Of a stretch of 36,365 bases of DNA, positions 1-8,687 are shown one piece after another. The DNA comes from an uncultured Lachnospiraceae bacterium (GTDB lineage: Bacteria > Bacillota > Clostridia > Oscillospirales > CAG-272). Both the position numbers and the translations under genes were made by a program. The notes under the pieces are model-generated. The model had not been told where the DNA came from, made no database searches, and saw only the letters and a program-made list of their open reading frames with translations. The stretch is taken from assembly GCA_964514555.1 (NCBI GenBank), contig CAZERM010000007.1, forward strand, positions 1-36,365. The letters run 5' to 3'. Position 1 is the first letter of the stretch. The number at the start of each line of letters is the position of its first letter.

Positions 1-1160
1 ATACATATTTTCTTTATATATAATTATTGATTTTTTATTAAAATACATAATATTATCAGTATCGCTATTCCATTCTTCCTCAATATCGCCTAAATATTCA
101 AGATCTTTAATAACATGCCATTCATCTTTATAATTTTTATCAGCAGTATATGATACCAATTTCAAATATGAACCATAATCGTTGTATTCAGGATCTACCG
201 ATAAAGCAAGTAATGTGGGATCTATGTCTCTAGGTGCTACTATTAAGTTTCCAGTAGAAGACCTATATGTTTTCCATCTTGTATTGTCATTTGTATTCGA
301 TGTATATTGTGCAATATAATAATTTCCGCTACTATCCGTTTCGCTTGAGTAGCCTAAATATTTTCCTGTATATACGTTTTTTATGGAATAAGATAAGTCT
401 TCGCTGTTGTATTCAAATGTCCATTTGAAATTATCATTTACAAGAAAATCCCATTGATGAACTTTTGTTCCTTCGTCCATATATGGACCATATACTCCCG
501 CTACTCTTCCTGTCTCCATATTCTGAATATAAAGATTTCCCGTGTAAGAATTTTCAAGTTTGAATAATTTCCAATAAGCATAACTTGAATTAACTTGAGA
601 ACCATCAAGTTGTAATTCCGAACCAATATTATTATCTGGAGCTTTCAGCGCTTTCTCCGATGCCATTTTAGGCTCAAAAACATATTGATTATTGCTATAT
701 CTTATTTTCCATTTTGTATATTCGGATTGAGTAGAATATTGATTGATATTAGCTTCTCCAACATTAGAATTTTCAATTCCAAGATATTTTCCACTATATA
801 AAGATTGTATTGTATAGTACGAGCTATCTCCTGAAGCTCGTTGAATATTCCAAACTTCTTGGAATCCATTATGATAGGTCCATTGATGTATCATGTCTGT
901 ATTGGGACCATGAATATCAATATACATTCCTGTTAAAACATTTTGAATATAATAATATCCCGATTCGATTCGATATTTACACTTTCAAAAAGTACAGATA
1001 TAAAGGGAGATACCTCTTCCTCTTCATTCGGTATATTAGGAATAATTGTCGGTGCTTCTGTATTTGCAACAGTTTCGGTCGATACGTCTGCCGCTAAAAT
1101 ACCAATGGAAAATATAAAACTCATAACAAACACTGTGATTAAAGATATTACTTTTTTCAT
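1..1160 (-). pseudogene. Secreted protein with two ricin-B-type beta-trefoil lectin domains; frameshifted at ~961-970 and running off the left edge of the window
   Basis: The 75-aa ORF 933..1160 has a signal peptide (MKKVISLITVFVMSFIFSIGILAA) and an AGGAGG RBS. Manual translation shows a second frame open from 960 to base 1: GYYYIQNVLTGMYIDIHGP..IHQW..SGKYLGI..W / LYIQNMETGRVAGVYGP..VHQW..TGKYLG..RW, which are QxW-type ricin repeats. Removing one copy of tandem CGATT fuses the frames. Confidence 0.75.
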
Positions 1161-1364
1161 AAATCTTTCCTCCTTTTTAATTTTCTATTTGTAATTGCTT
1201 GAATATAATAGATCACAATGTCAATGTGTAAGTTTGAACTAAACTCAATAGTAAATTATTTCTGGTTAATATCAACCTTGAGATTTATAAATTCACATGA
1301 ATGATATCTTCTTAGTTTTTAATTATTTATCGAAAGTAGTTCATCGAGCTTTTTCTTTGCACAT

Positions 1365-1393
1365 ATTATACCATAACTCACCAATAAAAGCAA
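1365..1393 (-). promoter_or_regulatory. Sigma-A-like promoter for the ricin-domain gene
   Basis: Minus strand reads TTGCTT-N17-TATAAT with a TG extended -10. Confidence 0.5.
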
Positions 1394-1441
1394 TGCTTCC
1401 TCGAAATCTTTGTGCATATTGCACTATCATTGAATATGTGT

Positions 1442-2587
1442 TCAATAAGAACAGACCATATATTTAAATATTTTTGGTAAAAGCGCCAAAAAATTTATTT
1501 TTCGCACATCCTCCGCCGCAACGATATCAACGCTTCCCAAAACGTGCTCGCCGCTCTTGAAAGTAACGGTTCCTATCTTATCTCCCTCGCTTATCGGCGC
1601 GGCAACTGTCTGCGGAACATCGTATATCGTTTTCACACTTCCGCTTTCGCCCCTGCCGACGAGCGCACCGAAAGAGCCGTATTTCGCAGAAAGCGTTTTT
1701 GCTACTCCGCCAGTAACCGCTATATCGGATATGATGCTTCCCTCCGCTTCAAACAAAGCATAATTCGCAAAACCCCAATCGAGCATCTTCGCCGCGAGCG
1801 CGTTTCGCTCGTCCCTTGTGGGGCTGCCCATAACAACGGCGATAAGGTGCAGTCCGTTTCTTTTTGCCGTGGCGCTGATACAGAACTTCGCTTTTGCCGT
1901 GGAACCTGTTTTAAGCCCTGTGCAGCCGTTGTACGTGCGAAGCAACCTGTTTGTATTCGAAAGTCCGAACGTACCGTTTCGCACGGTATCCATCCATATC
2001 GTCGTATAATCAAATATTTTTTCGTGAGTCATAAGCTCGCGGCTCATTATGGCTATATCACGCGCGGATATCTTGTGCTCCTTTACCGTATCGTCAAGTC
2101 CGTTCGTGTTTTCAAAGTGTGCGCTCGTCATGCCAAGCTCCTTTGCGCGCTCGTTCATGCGTGAAACAAAAGAGGCTTCGCTCCCTGCCACAAATTCGGC
2201 AAGGGCTGTTGCCGCATCGTTCGCGGAGCTTACCACAACGCTTTTTATAAGATCGTCAACGCTCATCTGCTCGCCAACTTCAAGATATATCTGCGAGCCA
2301 CCCATGGAGGCGGCGCGTTCGCTCGTGCTCACCATATCGGAAAGGCTTATCTTGCCGCTGTCCAGCGCCTCGAATACAAGAAGCAACGTCATTATCTTCG
2401 TAACCGAGGCAGGCGGCAGCGCCTCGTCCGCGTTGTGTTCGAACAGCACCTTTCCCGTTTTCGCATCCATCAGAACGGCGCTCTTTGCGTTTATCTCTTC
2501 GCCAAGGTCCGCGGCAAAAACGCCTGTGAACATCATCGCCGAAAAAAGCGCAAATATCAAAACAAAAGCTATCGTTTTTTTCATCAT
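1442..2587 (-). CDS. dacF: D-alanyl-D-alanine carboxypeptidase (peptidase S11, DacF-like)
   Basis: Signal peptide; SxxK (ASVTK), SxN (SAN) and KTG motifs; DacF-typical MGGSQIYLE and NTNRL segments. Confidence 0.85.
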   Translation of the reverse strand: MMKKTIAFVLIFALFSAMMFTGVFAADLGEEINAKSAVLMDAKTGKVLFEHNADEALPPASVTKIMTLLLVFEALDSGKISLSDMVSTSERAASMGGSQIYLEVGEQMSVDDLIKSVVVSSANDAATALAEFVAGSEASFVSRMNERAKELGMTSAHFENTNGLDDTVKEHKISARDIAIMSRELMTHEKIFDYTTIWMDTVRNGTFGLSNTNRLLRTYNGCTGLKTGSTAKAKFCISATAKRNGLHLIAVVMGSPTRDERNALAAKMLDWGFANYALFEAEGSIISDIAVTGGVAKTLSAKYGSFGALVGRGESGSVKTIYDVPQTVAAPISEGDKIGTVTFKSGEHVLGSVDIVAAEDVRKINFLALLPKIFKYMVCSY

Positions 2588-2670
2588 AATATCTCCCTTT
2601 TTGCAAAATCTTTCATTATTATAATATATATTTGCCGCGGAAGCGTTTTATGACATATGCCGTAAAACAC

Positions 2671-2696
2671 AAAAAAGCACCCTTACGGGTGCTTTT
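2671..2696 (-). terminator. Intrinsic terminator after the HPr-like gene
   Basis: AAAAGCACCC-TTAC-GGGTGCTTTT perfect hairpin with A/T tracts. Confidence 0.8.
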
Positions 2697-2706
2697 CTGC
2701 AAAAAT

Positions 2707-2937
2707 TTATTCAACGATATAATTTTTGAGTTCGTCGAGAATGTCTTTGCAATCGTCGCTGTGGATAGTGAGAGTGATAGGATTCATAAGGTCAAGGCTG
2801 AAGATACCCATGATAGATTTTGCATCTACAACGTATCTGCCGCTGGAAAGATCGATCTCGTAATCGTATTTGCGAACAGCTTCAACGAAATCACGAACAG
2901 CCTCGATAGAAGAAAGACGTACTTTTGTTGTTGTCAT
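2707..2937 (-). CDS. HPr-family phosphocarrier-like protein lacking the His15 motif
   Basis: VDAKSIMGIFSL Ser46-region motif; 76 aa; GGAGG RBS. Confidence 0.85.
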   Translation of the reverse strand: MTTTKVRLSSIEAVRDFVEAVRKYDYEIDLSSGRYVVDAKSIMGIFSLDLMNPITLTIHSDDCKDILDELKNYIVE

Positions 2938-2982
2938 TTTAATGAACCTCCATTTGAATTTTTTTGTTTACCATATGTTCCC

Positions 2983-3011
2983 ATGATATCAAATATTCTT
3001 TATCTTGTCAA
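2983..3011 (-). promoter_or_regulatory. Sigma-A promoter for the HPr-like gene
   Basis: TTGACA-N17-TATCAT with a TG extended -10. Confidence 0.65.
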
Positions 3012-3026
3012 GCGTTTTTGCAAACT

Positions 3027-3548
3027 TTAATTTATAATAAATAAAATAAAGCTGTAACACACCATATAAAGCGCCGAACCCATGAATAAAACGACGAGCC
3101 AAGCCGCTATCCTGTTTATGCACAAAAACAATTTAAAGATGACCGCGCCGAACAATATCGCCAAAAGATAGACTATCGCGCCCATCAAAAAGCTCGTCGC
3201 GGTATAGACGAGCGGTATCCACGTAAAGCACAAAAACAATGTGCAAGCGGCAAGCGCAAGAGAAGCCCATTTTTCGCCGCTCTGCCTGTAATACGGCGTG
3301 GAAAAGACAATGCCGCTCGCCGCGCCGAGTATCGCGTAAAACATCATCATGAACATGACCATGAAAAACGGCGGAAGGTAAAAATCGGGCTGTTCTATCT
3401 CCTCGTAGACCTCCCAATCGATGCCTCCGAGCGAAAAGAGAAGCCCCAAAAGTGCACTGCCGCAGGCAAAGATTATGACGGTTACCGCGTTTATGCAAGC
3501 GGTATCGTGGGAAACATTTCGTTTTATCCTCGTTATGATATCTTTCAT
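3027..3548 (-). CDS. TspO/MBR-like membrane protein
   Basis: About 5 hydrophobic segments; Y..IEQPDFYLPP resembles the TspO WY..L.KP...PP motif. Start moved to ATG 3548, which follows a GGAGGGG RBS; the longer ORF start overlaps a terminator. Confidence 0.6.
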   Translation of the reverse strand: MKDIITRIKRNVSHDTACINAVTVIIFACGSALLGLLFSLGGIDWEVYEEIEQPDFYLPPFFMVMFMMMFYAILGAASGIVFSTPYYRQSGEKWASLALAACTLFLCFTWIPLVYTATSFLMGAIVYLLAILFGAVIFKLFLCINRIAAWLVVLFMGSALYMVCYSFILFIIN

Positions 3549-3623
3549 AAAACACCCCTCCAAAAGAGTTTTTATGAAAATATTATGCCGCCGCTTTTTA
3601 AAATATACTTTGATAAGGGCAAC

Positions 3624-3658
3624 AAAAAAGGATATCGCTTTACGCAATATCCCTTTTT
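3624..3658 (-). terminator. Intrinsic terminator after the lipoprotein gene
   Basis: AAAAAAGGATAT...ATATCCCTTTTT inverted repeat. Confidence 0.65.
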
Positions 3659-3692
3659 GGTTATATATATGCTCGGTTTATATATATCGTTA

Positions 3693-5219
3693 TTAGTTGT
3701 TTACGGAGGAGATTTTTTCCTTGTATTCGTTTGTCTTGGAGATGATAACGCTGCCGATCTCACCACCGAGGGAAGCAACTACGTTGTTGCTGGATTTAAC
3801 ACCGGACCAAAGTTCGCTTTCTGCGGAGCCCCAACCTGCGTAGTAAGCAATATCAAAGGATCTGCTGTTGATGATAATGTCAACCATACGAGCGTCTTCT
3901 TCGGAGTTAGTGTACTCGTACTTGTAGAGGTTGAGGTATTCGGGATATACGATATATCTGGAATGGTAACCGTAAAGTTCGAGGAAGTTCCAAATGATGT
4001 TGAGGTCATAGTTGATAGTTGTAGGAACGCAAGTATAGATCATGTGGGCAACAACATAGTGGCTGTATCCTTTGTTCTGGATCTGTGCTTCGTCATATGC
4101 AGGGTAAGGAAGAACGCCGAAGTTACGCAAGCCGGCTTCAGACCAGTTTCTTGCTTTATCAAGTGTTTCGGGAGCAAAGAGAGTAAGACCGTTGTTGATC
4201 TGTGTGTTTACTATCTGATATTTTGCGATCGCAACTGCTTCATCGTCGTAGATCTTGATGATCTTATCTACTACGTTTGCCGCATGATTGTCAAAACCGT
4301 GTGTAAATGTTGTGTTGCCTGCCGCATCGTCCGTCTTGCTTGCAACGTAGGAGTTACCGCCGTAGAAAAGACCCGTGATGCTGTATTCGGAAGAAACAAG
4401 ACCGAAGATATCGCCGGAGCCGACTGTCATTACCTGGTCGCCGTCGTCCTGTTTAGCTTTCTGGATGATCTCGAGGAATGTGTCCATTGTCCACTGACCG
4501 CCTTCAACGAGGTCATAGAAGTTATAGCCTTTGAGTTTGTCGTTCTGCTGCAAAACTTCTTTGTTATAGAACAAAGCCCATGTAGCGTCGAATGATGTAA
4601 GAGAAAAGTTGCCCAAAATGGAGAAAAGTTTGTTGTCAACTGTCATATCTCTGATATAACCCTGGTCCCACCAAGGATTGTCGAGATTGAGGTAGTTTGC
4701 AAGGTTGTAATACTGACCGTTGCCTCTGTCTGTAACGTTCCAGTGCAACGCACCGATATCTACGTGGCAAGAGTCTGTCGCAAAGTCGCTCTGGATAGTC
4801 TTTTCGGAGTCTGCGCGCTGTTCGATAGAGCAATCATAAAGCTCTGCCATAACGTCGTTTCTTCTCATGATAGCCATGGAAAGGGAGTCTGTAGCGTTTT
4901 CATCAGCAACGCATATTTCATAGGAGTCCCAACCGTTCTTGATATCGAGAGGAGTTTCGAAAACGAATGTCTTTCCGTGGAAATCTACGTTTTCAAAGCC
5001 TGTGGGCTTGTGTTCGCCTGCGCCTTCCGCGTAAATGTCATCCGGGAAATCCATCGGTTCTATTGTCACTGCATCGGTGCCCTGTCCCTGTGTGATCTCG
5101 GGTGTTTTACCTTCTGTGCTTGCTGTTGTACCTGTGTCGCCCTGTCCACCGCAAGATGCAAGTGCGAAAGTACCGCAAAGCATAGCAAGCGCCAAAAGCG
5201 TTGAGCAAATTCTTTTCAT
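3693..5219 (-). CDS. Lipoprotein, extracellular solute-binding-protein-like (orphan)
   Basis: Lipobox LASC, T/G-rich linker, and motifs LDNPWW, LFYNK, GQWTMDTF and FGVLPYP typical of family-1 sugar-binding-like lipoproteins. Confidence 0.75.
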   Translation of the reverse strand: MKRICSTLLALAMLCGTFALASCGGQGDTGTTASTEGKTPEITQGQGTDAVTIEPMDFPDDIYAEGAGEHKPTGFENVDFHGKTFVFETPLDIKNGWDSYEICVADENATDSLSMAIMRRNDVMAELYDCSIEQRADSEKTIQSDFATDSCHVDIGALHWNVTDRGNGQYYNLANYLNLDNPWWDQGYIRDMTVDNKLFSILGNFSLTSFDATWALFYNKEVLQQNDKLKGYNFYDLVEGGQWTMDTFLEIIQKAKQDDGDQVMTVGSGDIFGLVSSEYSITGLFYGGNSYVASKTDDAAGNTTFTHGFDNHAANVVDKIIKIYDDEAVAIAKYQIVNTQINNGLTLFAPETLDKARNWSEAGLRNFGVLPYPAYDEAQIQNKGYSHYVVAHMIYTCVPTTINYDLNIIWNFLELYGYHSRYIVYPEYLNLYKYEYTNSEEDARMVDIIINSRSFDIAYYAGWGSAESELWSGVKSSNNVVASLGGEIGSVIISKTNEYKEKISSVNN

Positions 5220-5278
5220 ATGGGGTCTTTTTCTCCTTTAAAAATGTTTTTACCTTTTTAAGGTGCAATTCATAATAT

Positions 5279-5307
5279 ATTATAATATCATTATTTTAAT
5301 TTGTCAA
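5279..5307 (-). promoter_or_regulatory. Perfect-consensus sigma-A promoter for the lipoprotein gene
   Basis: TTGACA-N17-TATAAT on the minus strand. Confidence 0.8.
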
Positions 5308-5390
5308 TATGGTTTGTATGAATTGTGCAATATTTTCATATTGCCACTACGGATTTACGCAATTTGTACAGTTTTCGCAAAAAATAGTCA

Positions 5391-5425
5391 AAAAAGGGGT
5401 ATTGCAATACGCAACACCCCTTTTT
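5391..5425 (-). terminator. Intrinsic terminator after the DUF378 gene
   Basis: AAAAAGGGGTATTGC...GCAACACCCCTTTTT hairpin. Confidence 0.7.
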
Positions 5426-5432
5426 CCTGTTT

Positions 5433-5663
5433 TTACGACATAGTTTTATTGGCGTTCTCGCACGGGCACATCTTCTCTCGAACGGAAAAGCAAGGAGATG
5501 CACCATACCCCGCAAGCGCCACGACCGTATATATTATCCTCGCGGCGAGCGTCCCCGCACCTCCGCATATCCACGCAACCAAATCAAAACCGAAAAGTCC
5601 TATTGCGCCCCAATTGAGCGAGCCGACTATGACAAGTACGAGCGCGATTCTATCAAGCATCAT
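5433..5663 (-). CDS. DUF378 small membrane protein with a probable 1-nt deletion at 5508-5511
   Basis: LVIVGSLNWGAIGLFGFDLV..RIIY motif. The family-like tail VWCISLLFR lies in another frame, ending at 5446. Confidence 0.8.
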   Translation of the reverse strand: MMLDRIALVLVIVGSLNWGAIGLFGFDLVAWICGGAGTLAARIIYTVVALAGYGASPCFSVREKMCPCENANKTMS

Positions 5664-5774
5664 ATATTACCTCTTTGAAAATATATTTTTTAGTTCTAAC
5701 CCTTGTTTTGGTCTGATATTATTTTTTCCGCACAAAAAAATTTTATACATTTGTTTTTATAAATAACTTCCGTC

Positions 5775-5803
5775 TTGCAAAAATCAAATATATATGTTAA
5801 AAT
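5775..5803 (+). promoter_or_regulatory. Sigma-A promoter for trmB
   Basis: TTGCAA-N17-TAAAAT with a TG extended -10. Confidence 0.6.
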
Positions 5804-5841
5804 AAATCGAAATATAAATATATAAAAAGGAAGAATAGATT

Positions 5842-6495
5842 ATGCGTGTCAGAAAAAAGAAAAACGGCGACGCCAGATTCGAAGCTTGCAAGGACCTCTA
5901 TATCGAATTCGATAAAACAAATCCCCAAAAGCTCGACCTTGCAGAGCTTTTCCCCGGATATACACGTTTTCGCGCTGAGATCGGTTGCGGAAAAGGTACT
6001 TTTATAACGGAAACAGCAAGAAGAAACCCGGACATCGCTTTTATCGCGGTTGAAAAAGTGCGTGATGTTGTTATCTTCGCATCCGAGAAAGTTAAAGAAG
6101 CGGAACTTCCCAATGTTCGCTTTATTTGCGGTGATGCCGCAGCACTTTCCGCTATGCTCGATGAAAAGTCCCTCGAAACGATATACATCAACTTCTGCGA
6201 TCCGTGGCCCAAGGCTCGCCATGCAAAACGCAGACTCACGAGCGAAGGCTTTTTGCGCCTCTTTAAAAACTTGCTCAGCGATGACGGCAAGATAGAATTT
6301 AAAACAGACAACATCGGTCTTTTCGAATTTTCCCTCGAAGAGTTCCCCAAAGCAGGCTTTGAGATGCGTAACGTATGCTTTGACCTTCACGCAAGTGAAC
6401 TTGCCGAAAGCAACGTACAAACGGAATACGAACGCAATTTTTCAGCCAAGGGCTTTAAAATCAATCGCTTAGAGGGTTATAAGGCGGAAAAATAA
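5842..6495 (+). CDS. trmB: tRNA (guanine-N7)-methyltransferase
   Basis: EIGCGKG SAM motif, NFCDPWPKARHAKRRL, FKTD and TEYE motifs. Confidence 0.95.
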   Translation: MRVRKKKNGDARFEACKDLYIEFDKTNPQKLDLAELFPGYTRFRAEIGCGKGTFITETARRNPDIAFIAVEKVRDVVIFASEKVKEAELPNVRFICGDAAALSAMLDEKSLETIYINFCDPWPKARHAKRRLTSEGFLRLFKNLLSDDGKIEFKTDNIGLFEFSLEEFPKAGFEMRNVCFDLHASELAESNVQTEYERNFSAKGFKINRLEGYKAEK

Positions 6496-6535
6496 AAAAA
6501 ATCATGTGTTTTTTCTGTAAATAATAAAAAAACTC

Positions 6536-6564
6536 TTGATTTTTTTTCGCTACTATGATATAAT
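6536..6564 (+). promoter_or_regulatory. Sigma-A promoter for rpmB
   Basis: TTGATT-N17-TATAAT with a TG extended -10. Confidence 0.75.
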
Positions 6565-6650
6565 TTATAACGCTATGACTGCAACAGATTCATAAATCGC
6601 AGTTGCGATTTATTTTTTGTAAACGAAATTTTAATTGGAGGTGTGTAGAT

Positions 6651-6836
6651 ATGGCAAAATGCATGTTCTGTGACAAGGGTGTTACATTCGGACACAATGT
6701 TTCCCACTCTAACCGTAAAACAGGTAGAACTTGGAAGGCTAATATCAGAAAGGTTAACGCTGTCATCAACGGTGAACACAAAACCGTTGCTGTTTGCTCC
6801 CGTTGCCTTCGTTCTGGTAAGGTTGAAAGAAGCTAA
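6651..6836 (+). CDS. rpmB: 50S ribosomal protein L28 (Zn-binding CxxC/CxxC form)
   Basis: MAKCMFCDK..GHNVSHSNRKT.RTWKANI...VCSRCLRSGKV; ATG 6651 follows GGAGGTG. Confidence 0.97.
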   Translation: MAKCMFCDKGVTFGHNVSHSNRKTGRTWKANIRKVNAVINGEHKTVAVCSRCLRSGKVERS

Positions 6837-6862
6837 AAAACGCCTCTTGGCTTGAATTAGTC

Positions 6863-6897
6863 AAAAGCCCTTTTCCTGCAAAGGAAAGGGCTTCTTT
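6863..6897 (+). terminator. Terminator after rpmB
   Basis: AAGCCCTTTTCCT-GCAA-AGGAAAGGGCTT followed by CTTT. Confidence 0.75.
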
Positions 6898-6915
6898 GTA
6901 TTTTCGGAGATAAAT

Positions 6916-7614
6916 ATGACTTACTTTCTTGTAAATCCGCGTTTTCCGTGCGCTTTTGCGGAAAAATTGCGCCCTTTCGGCAAATGTATAGCCATCTCGC
7001 CGCTCAAAGAACTTTGCGAGCCTGTCTGCGCTCACCCCGATATGCTTGCCGTGAACATAAACGGCAAGCTTTTTATTCATGAAAAAGATATCTCGCTTCG
7101 CCGCATACTCGAAGAACAAGGACTGCCCTTTTCGCTTTCCCATGCGGAGGTGGCGGAAAAATATCCGCGCGATATCGCACTAAACCTTTTCACCATGGAA
7201 AAATGCCTTTTCGCAAATTTGAAATACGCAAGCGCGGATGTACTCGAATATGCCTCCTCTTGCGGCTACGAGCTTATAAACGTCGCGCAAGGTTACGCCA
7301 AATGCTCCACGATGACGGTGCAGGGCGGCATCATTACGGCGGACAAGACCATATACAACGCCGCACTCGGCAAAAACATAGATGCTCTGCTCATTTCGCC
7401 CGGCTACATCGGCATAGAGAGATATGACACGGGATTTATCGGCGGCGCTTCCGCAGAGATAGCGCAAAGCAAAGTTGCCGTTTTCGGCGATATAAACAGC
7501 CACCCCGATTCAGAGGAGATATTGCACTTTGCAAAGAAGCACGATACGGAGATATTGAGCCTTGGCGAGGGCGCACTTTTCGATTACGGCGGAATTGTCC
7601 TCGCTAACGCTTGA
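6916..7614 (+). CDS. Conserved clostridial hypothetical protein (DUF6873-like, putative amidinotransferase/GME fold)
   Basis: HPDM, YPxD, QGYAKC, GFIGG and DYGG motifs, recalled from this family; the family name is from memory. Confidence 0.55.
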   Translation: MTYFLVNPRFPCAFAEKLRPFGKCIAISPLKELCEPVCAHPDMLAVNINGKLFIHEKDISLRRILEEQGLPFSLSHAEVAEKYPRDIALNLFTMEKCLFANLKYASADVLEYASSCGYELINVAQGYAKCSTMTVQGGIITADKTIYNAALGKNIDALLISPGYIGIERYDTGFIGGASAEIAQSKVAVFGDINSHPDSEEILHFAKKHDTEILSLGEGALFDYGGIVLANA

Positions 7615-7639
7615 CTTTTCCACAATACTGTGCTATAAT
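7611..7639 (+). promoter_or_regulatory. Sigma-A promoter for the hydrolase gene
   Basis: TTGACT-N17-TATAAT with a TG extended -10. Confidence 0.75.
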
Positions 7640-7677
7640 CCACTTGAAAATATATAATTATAAAGGAAGACTTTAAT

Positions 7678-8526
7678 ATGATGATACATCCTTCTATCGA
7701 AGTTTTTACACTTGAGAAAACTCCCACTAAGGAAGTTACTCTTACAGCTTATATCGCAGGCACAGCCGACGATATGAAGTTCAACTACAAAAGAAAAGCT
7801 GTTCTCGTTTGCCCCGGCGGCGCTTACTCCTTCTGCTCCAACAGAGAAGGCGAACCTATCGCAACATCTTTCCTTGCAGCAGGCTATAACGCTTTCGTTC
7901 TCGATTATTCCGTAAAGAACCGCAACGAACCCGGCAAGAAATTCCCCGGTCAGCTCATCGAAGCGGCTCTCGCTATGAAATTTATCAAAGATAACGCTGA
8001 AAAATTCCATATCGATCCCAACTACGTATTCGTTACAGGTTATTCCGCAGGCGGCCACCTCGCTACTTCCCTCGGTATCCTTTACAACAGCGAATATGTT
8101 ACAAATGCTATCGATATGCCCGAAAACTATGCTCGCCCCGCAGGCATGATTCTCGCTTATCCTGTTATCTCCAGCGGCGAATATGCTCACCGTGGTTCTA
8201 TCGATAACATCCTTCACGATGAAAGAGAAGTTCCCGAAGCTCTCGCAAAAGTTTCTCTCGAAAACCTCGTAAGCGAAACAACAGTTCCCGCTTTCATTTG
8301 GCACACAAGAGAAGATACAACCGTTCCCGTTGAAAACTCCATCATGCTCTCTGCATCTCTTGCAAAGAACAACATTCCCTTTGAAATGCACATCTACCCC
8401 TACGGTGGTCATGGTGCTTCCCTTGCTAACCCTGTTGTTGGCTGGAACAACCCCACTATCGCTCAGTGGTTCGGCGCTGCTCTCAAATGGATGGAAACTA
8501 TCAAAACAGAAGAAACAGAAGCGTAA
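7678..8526 (+). CDS. Alpha/beta hydrolase (acetyl/xylan esterase-like)
   Basis: PGGAY oxyanion loop, GYSAGG nucleophile elbow, catalytic Asp (EDTTVP) and His (GGHG). Confidence 0.9.
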   Translation: MMIHPSIEVFTLEKTPTKEVTLTAYIAGTADDMKFNYKRKAVLVCPGGAYSFCSNREGEPIATSFLAAGYNAFVLDYSVKNRNEPGKKFPGQLIEAALAMKFIKDNAEKFHIDPNYVFVTGYSAGGHLATSLGILYNSEYVTNAIDMPENYARPAGMILAYPVISSGEYAHRGSIDNILHDEREVPEALAKVSLENLVSETTVPAFIWHTREDTTVPVENSIMLSASLAKNNIPFEMHIYPYGGHGASLANPVVGWNNPTIAQWFGAALKWMETIKTEETEA

Positions 8527-8562
8527 TTTTTTAAAAAGCTTCATTTTCCGCATAATGAATAT

Positions 8563-8648
8563 CGGCAGAGGATATATCTCCTCTGCCGTGTTTTGTTTTA
8601 TCCGAAAACGAAAATACCCCGAAAGATCATTTCGACCTATCGGGGTAT
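8563..8648. terminator. Two convergent terminators between the hydrolase gene and the prfB unit
   Basis: CGGCAGAGGA..TCCTCTGCCG with a T-rich tail (+), and ATACCCCGA..TCGGGGTAT preceded by an A tract (-). Confidence 0.7.
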
Positions 8649-8687
8649 GCCATTATAACAACGAGCTTTTATAAAGCTTTTTGCTAA

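Noticed and set aside
1410-1427. TTGTGCA-TAT-TGCACTA palindrome as a Rex box
   Set aside because: Spacing and sequence deviate from TTGTGAA-N4-TTCACAA, so no regulator can be assigned.
5720-5748. Sigma-F/G-like promoter upstream of DUF378 (GTATA-N14-GGAAAAAATA), with similar candidates upstream of dacF and the TspO-like gene
   Set aside because: Plausible, but the spacing is off-consensus and such motifs arise easily in AT-rich DNA, so they are not called as features.
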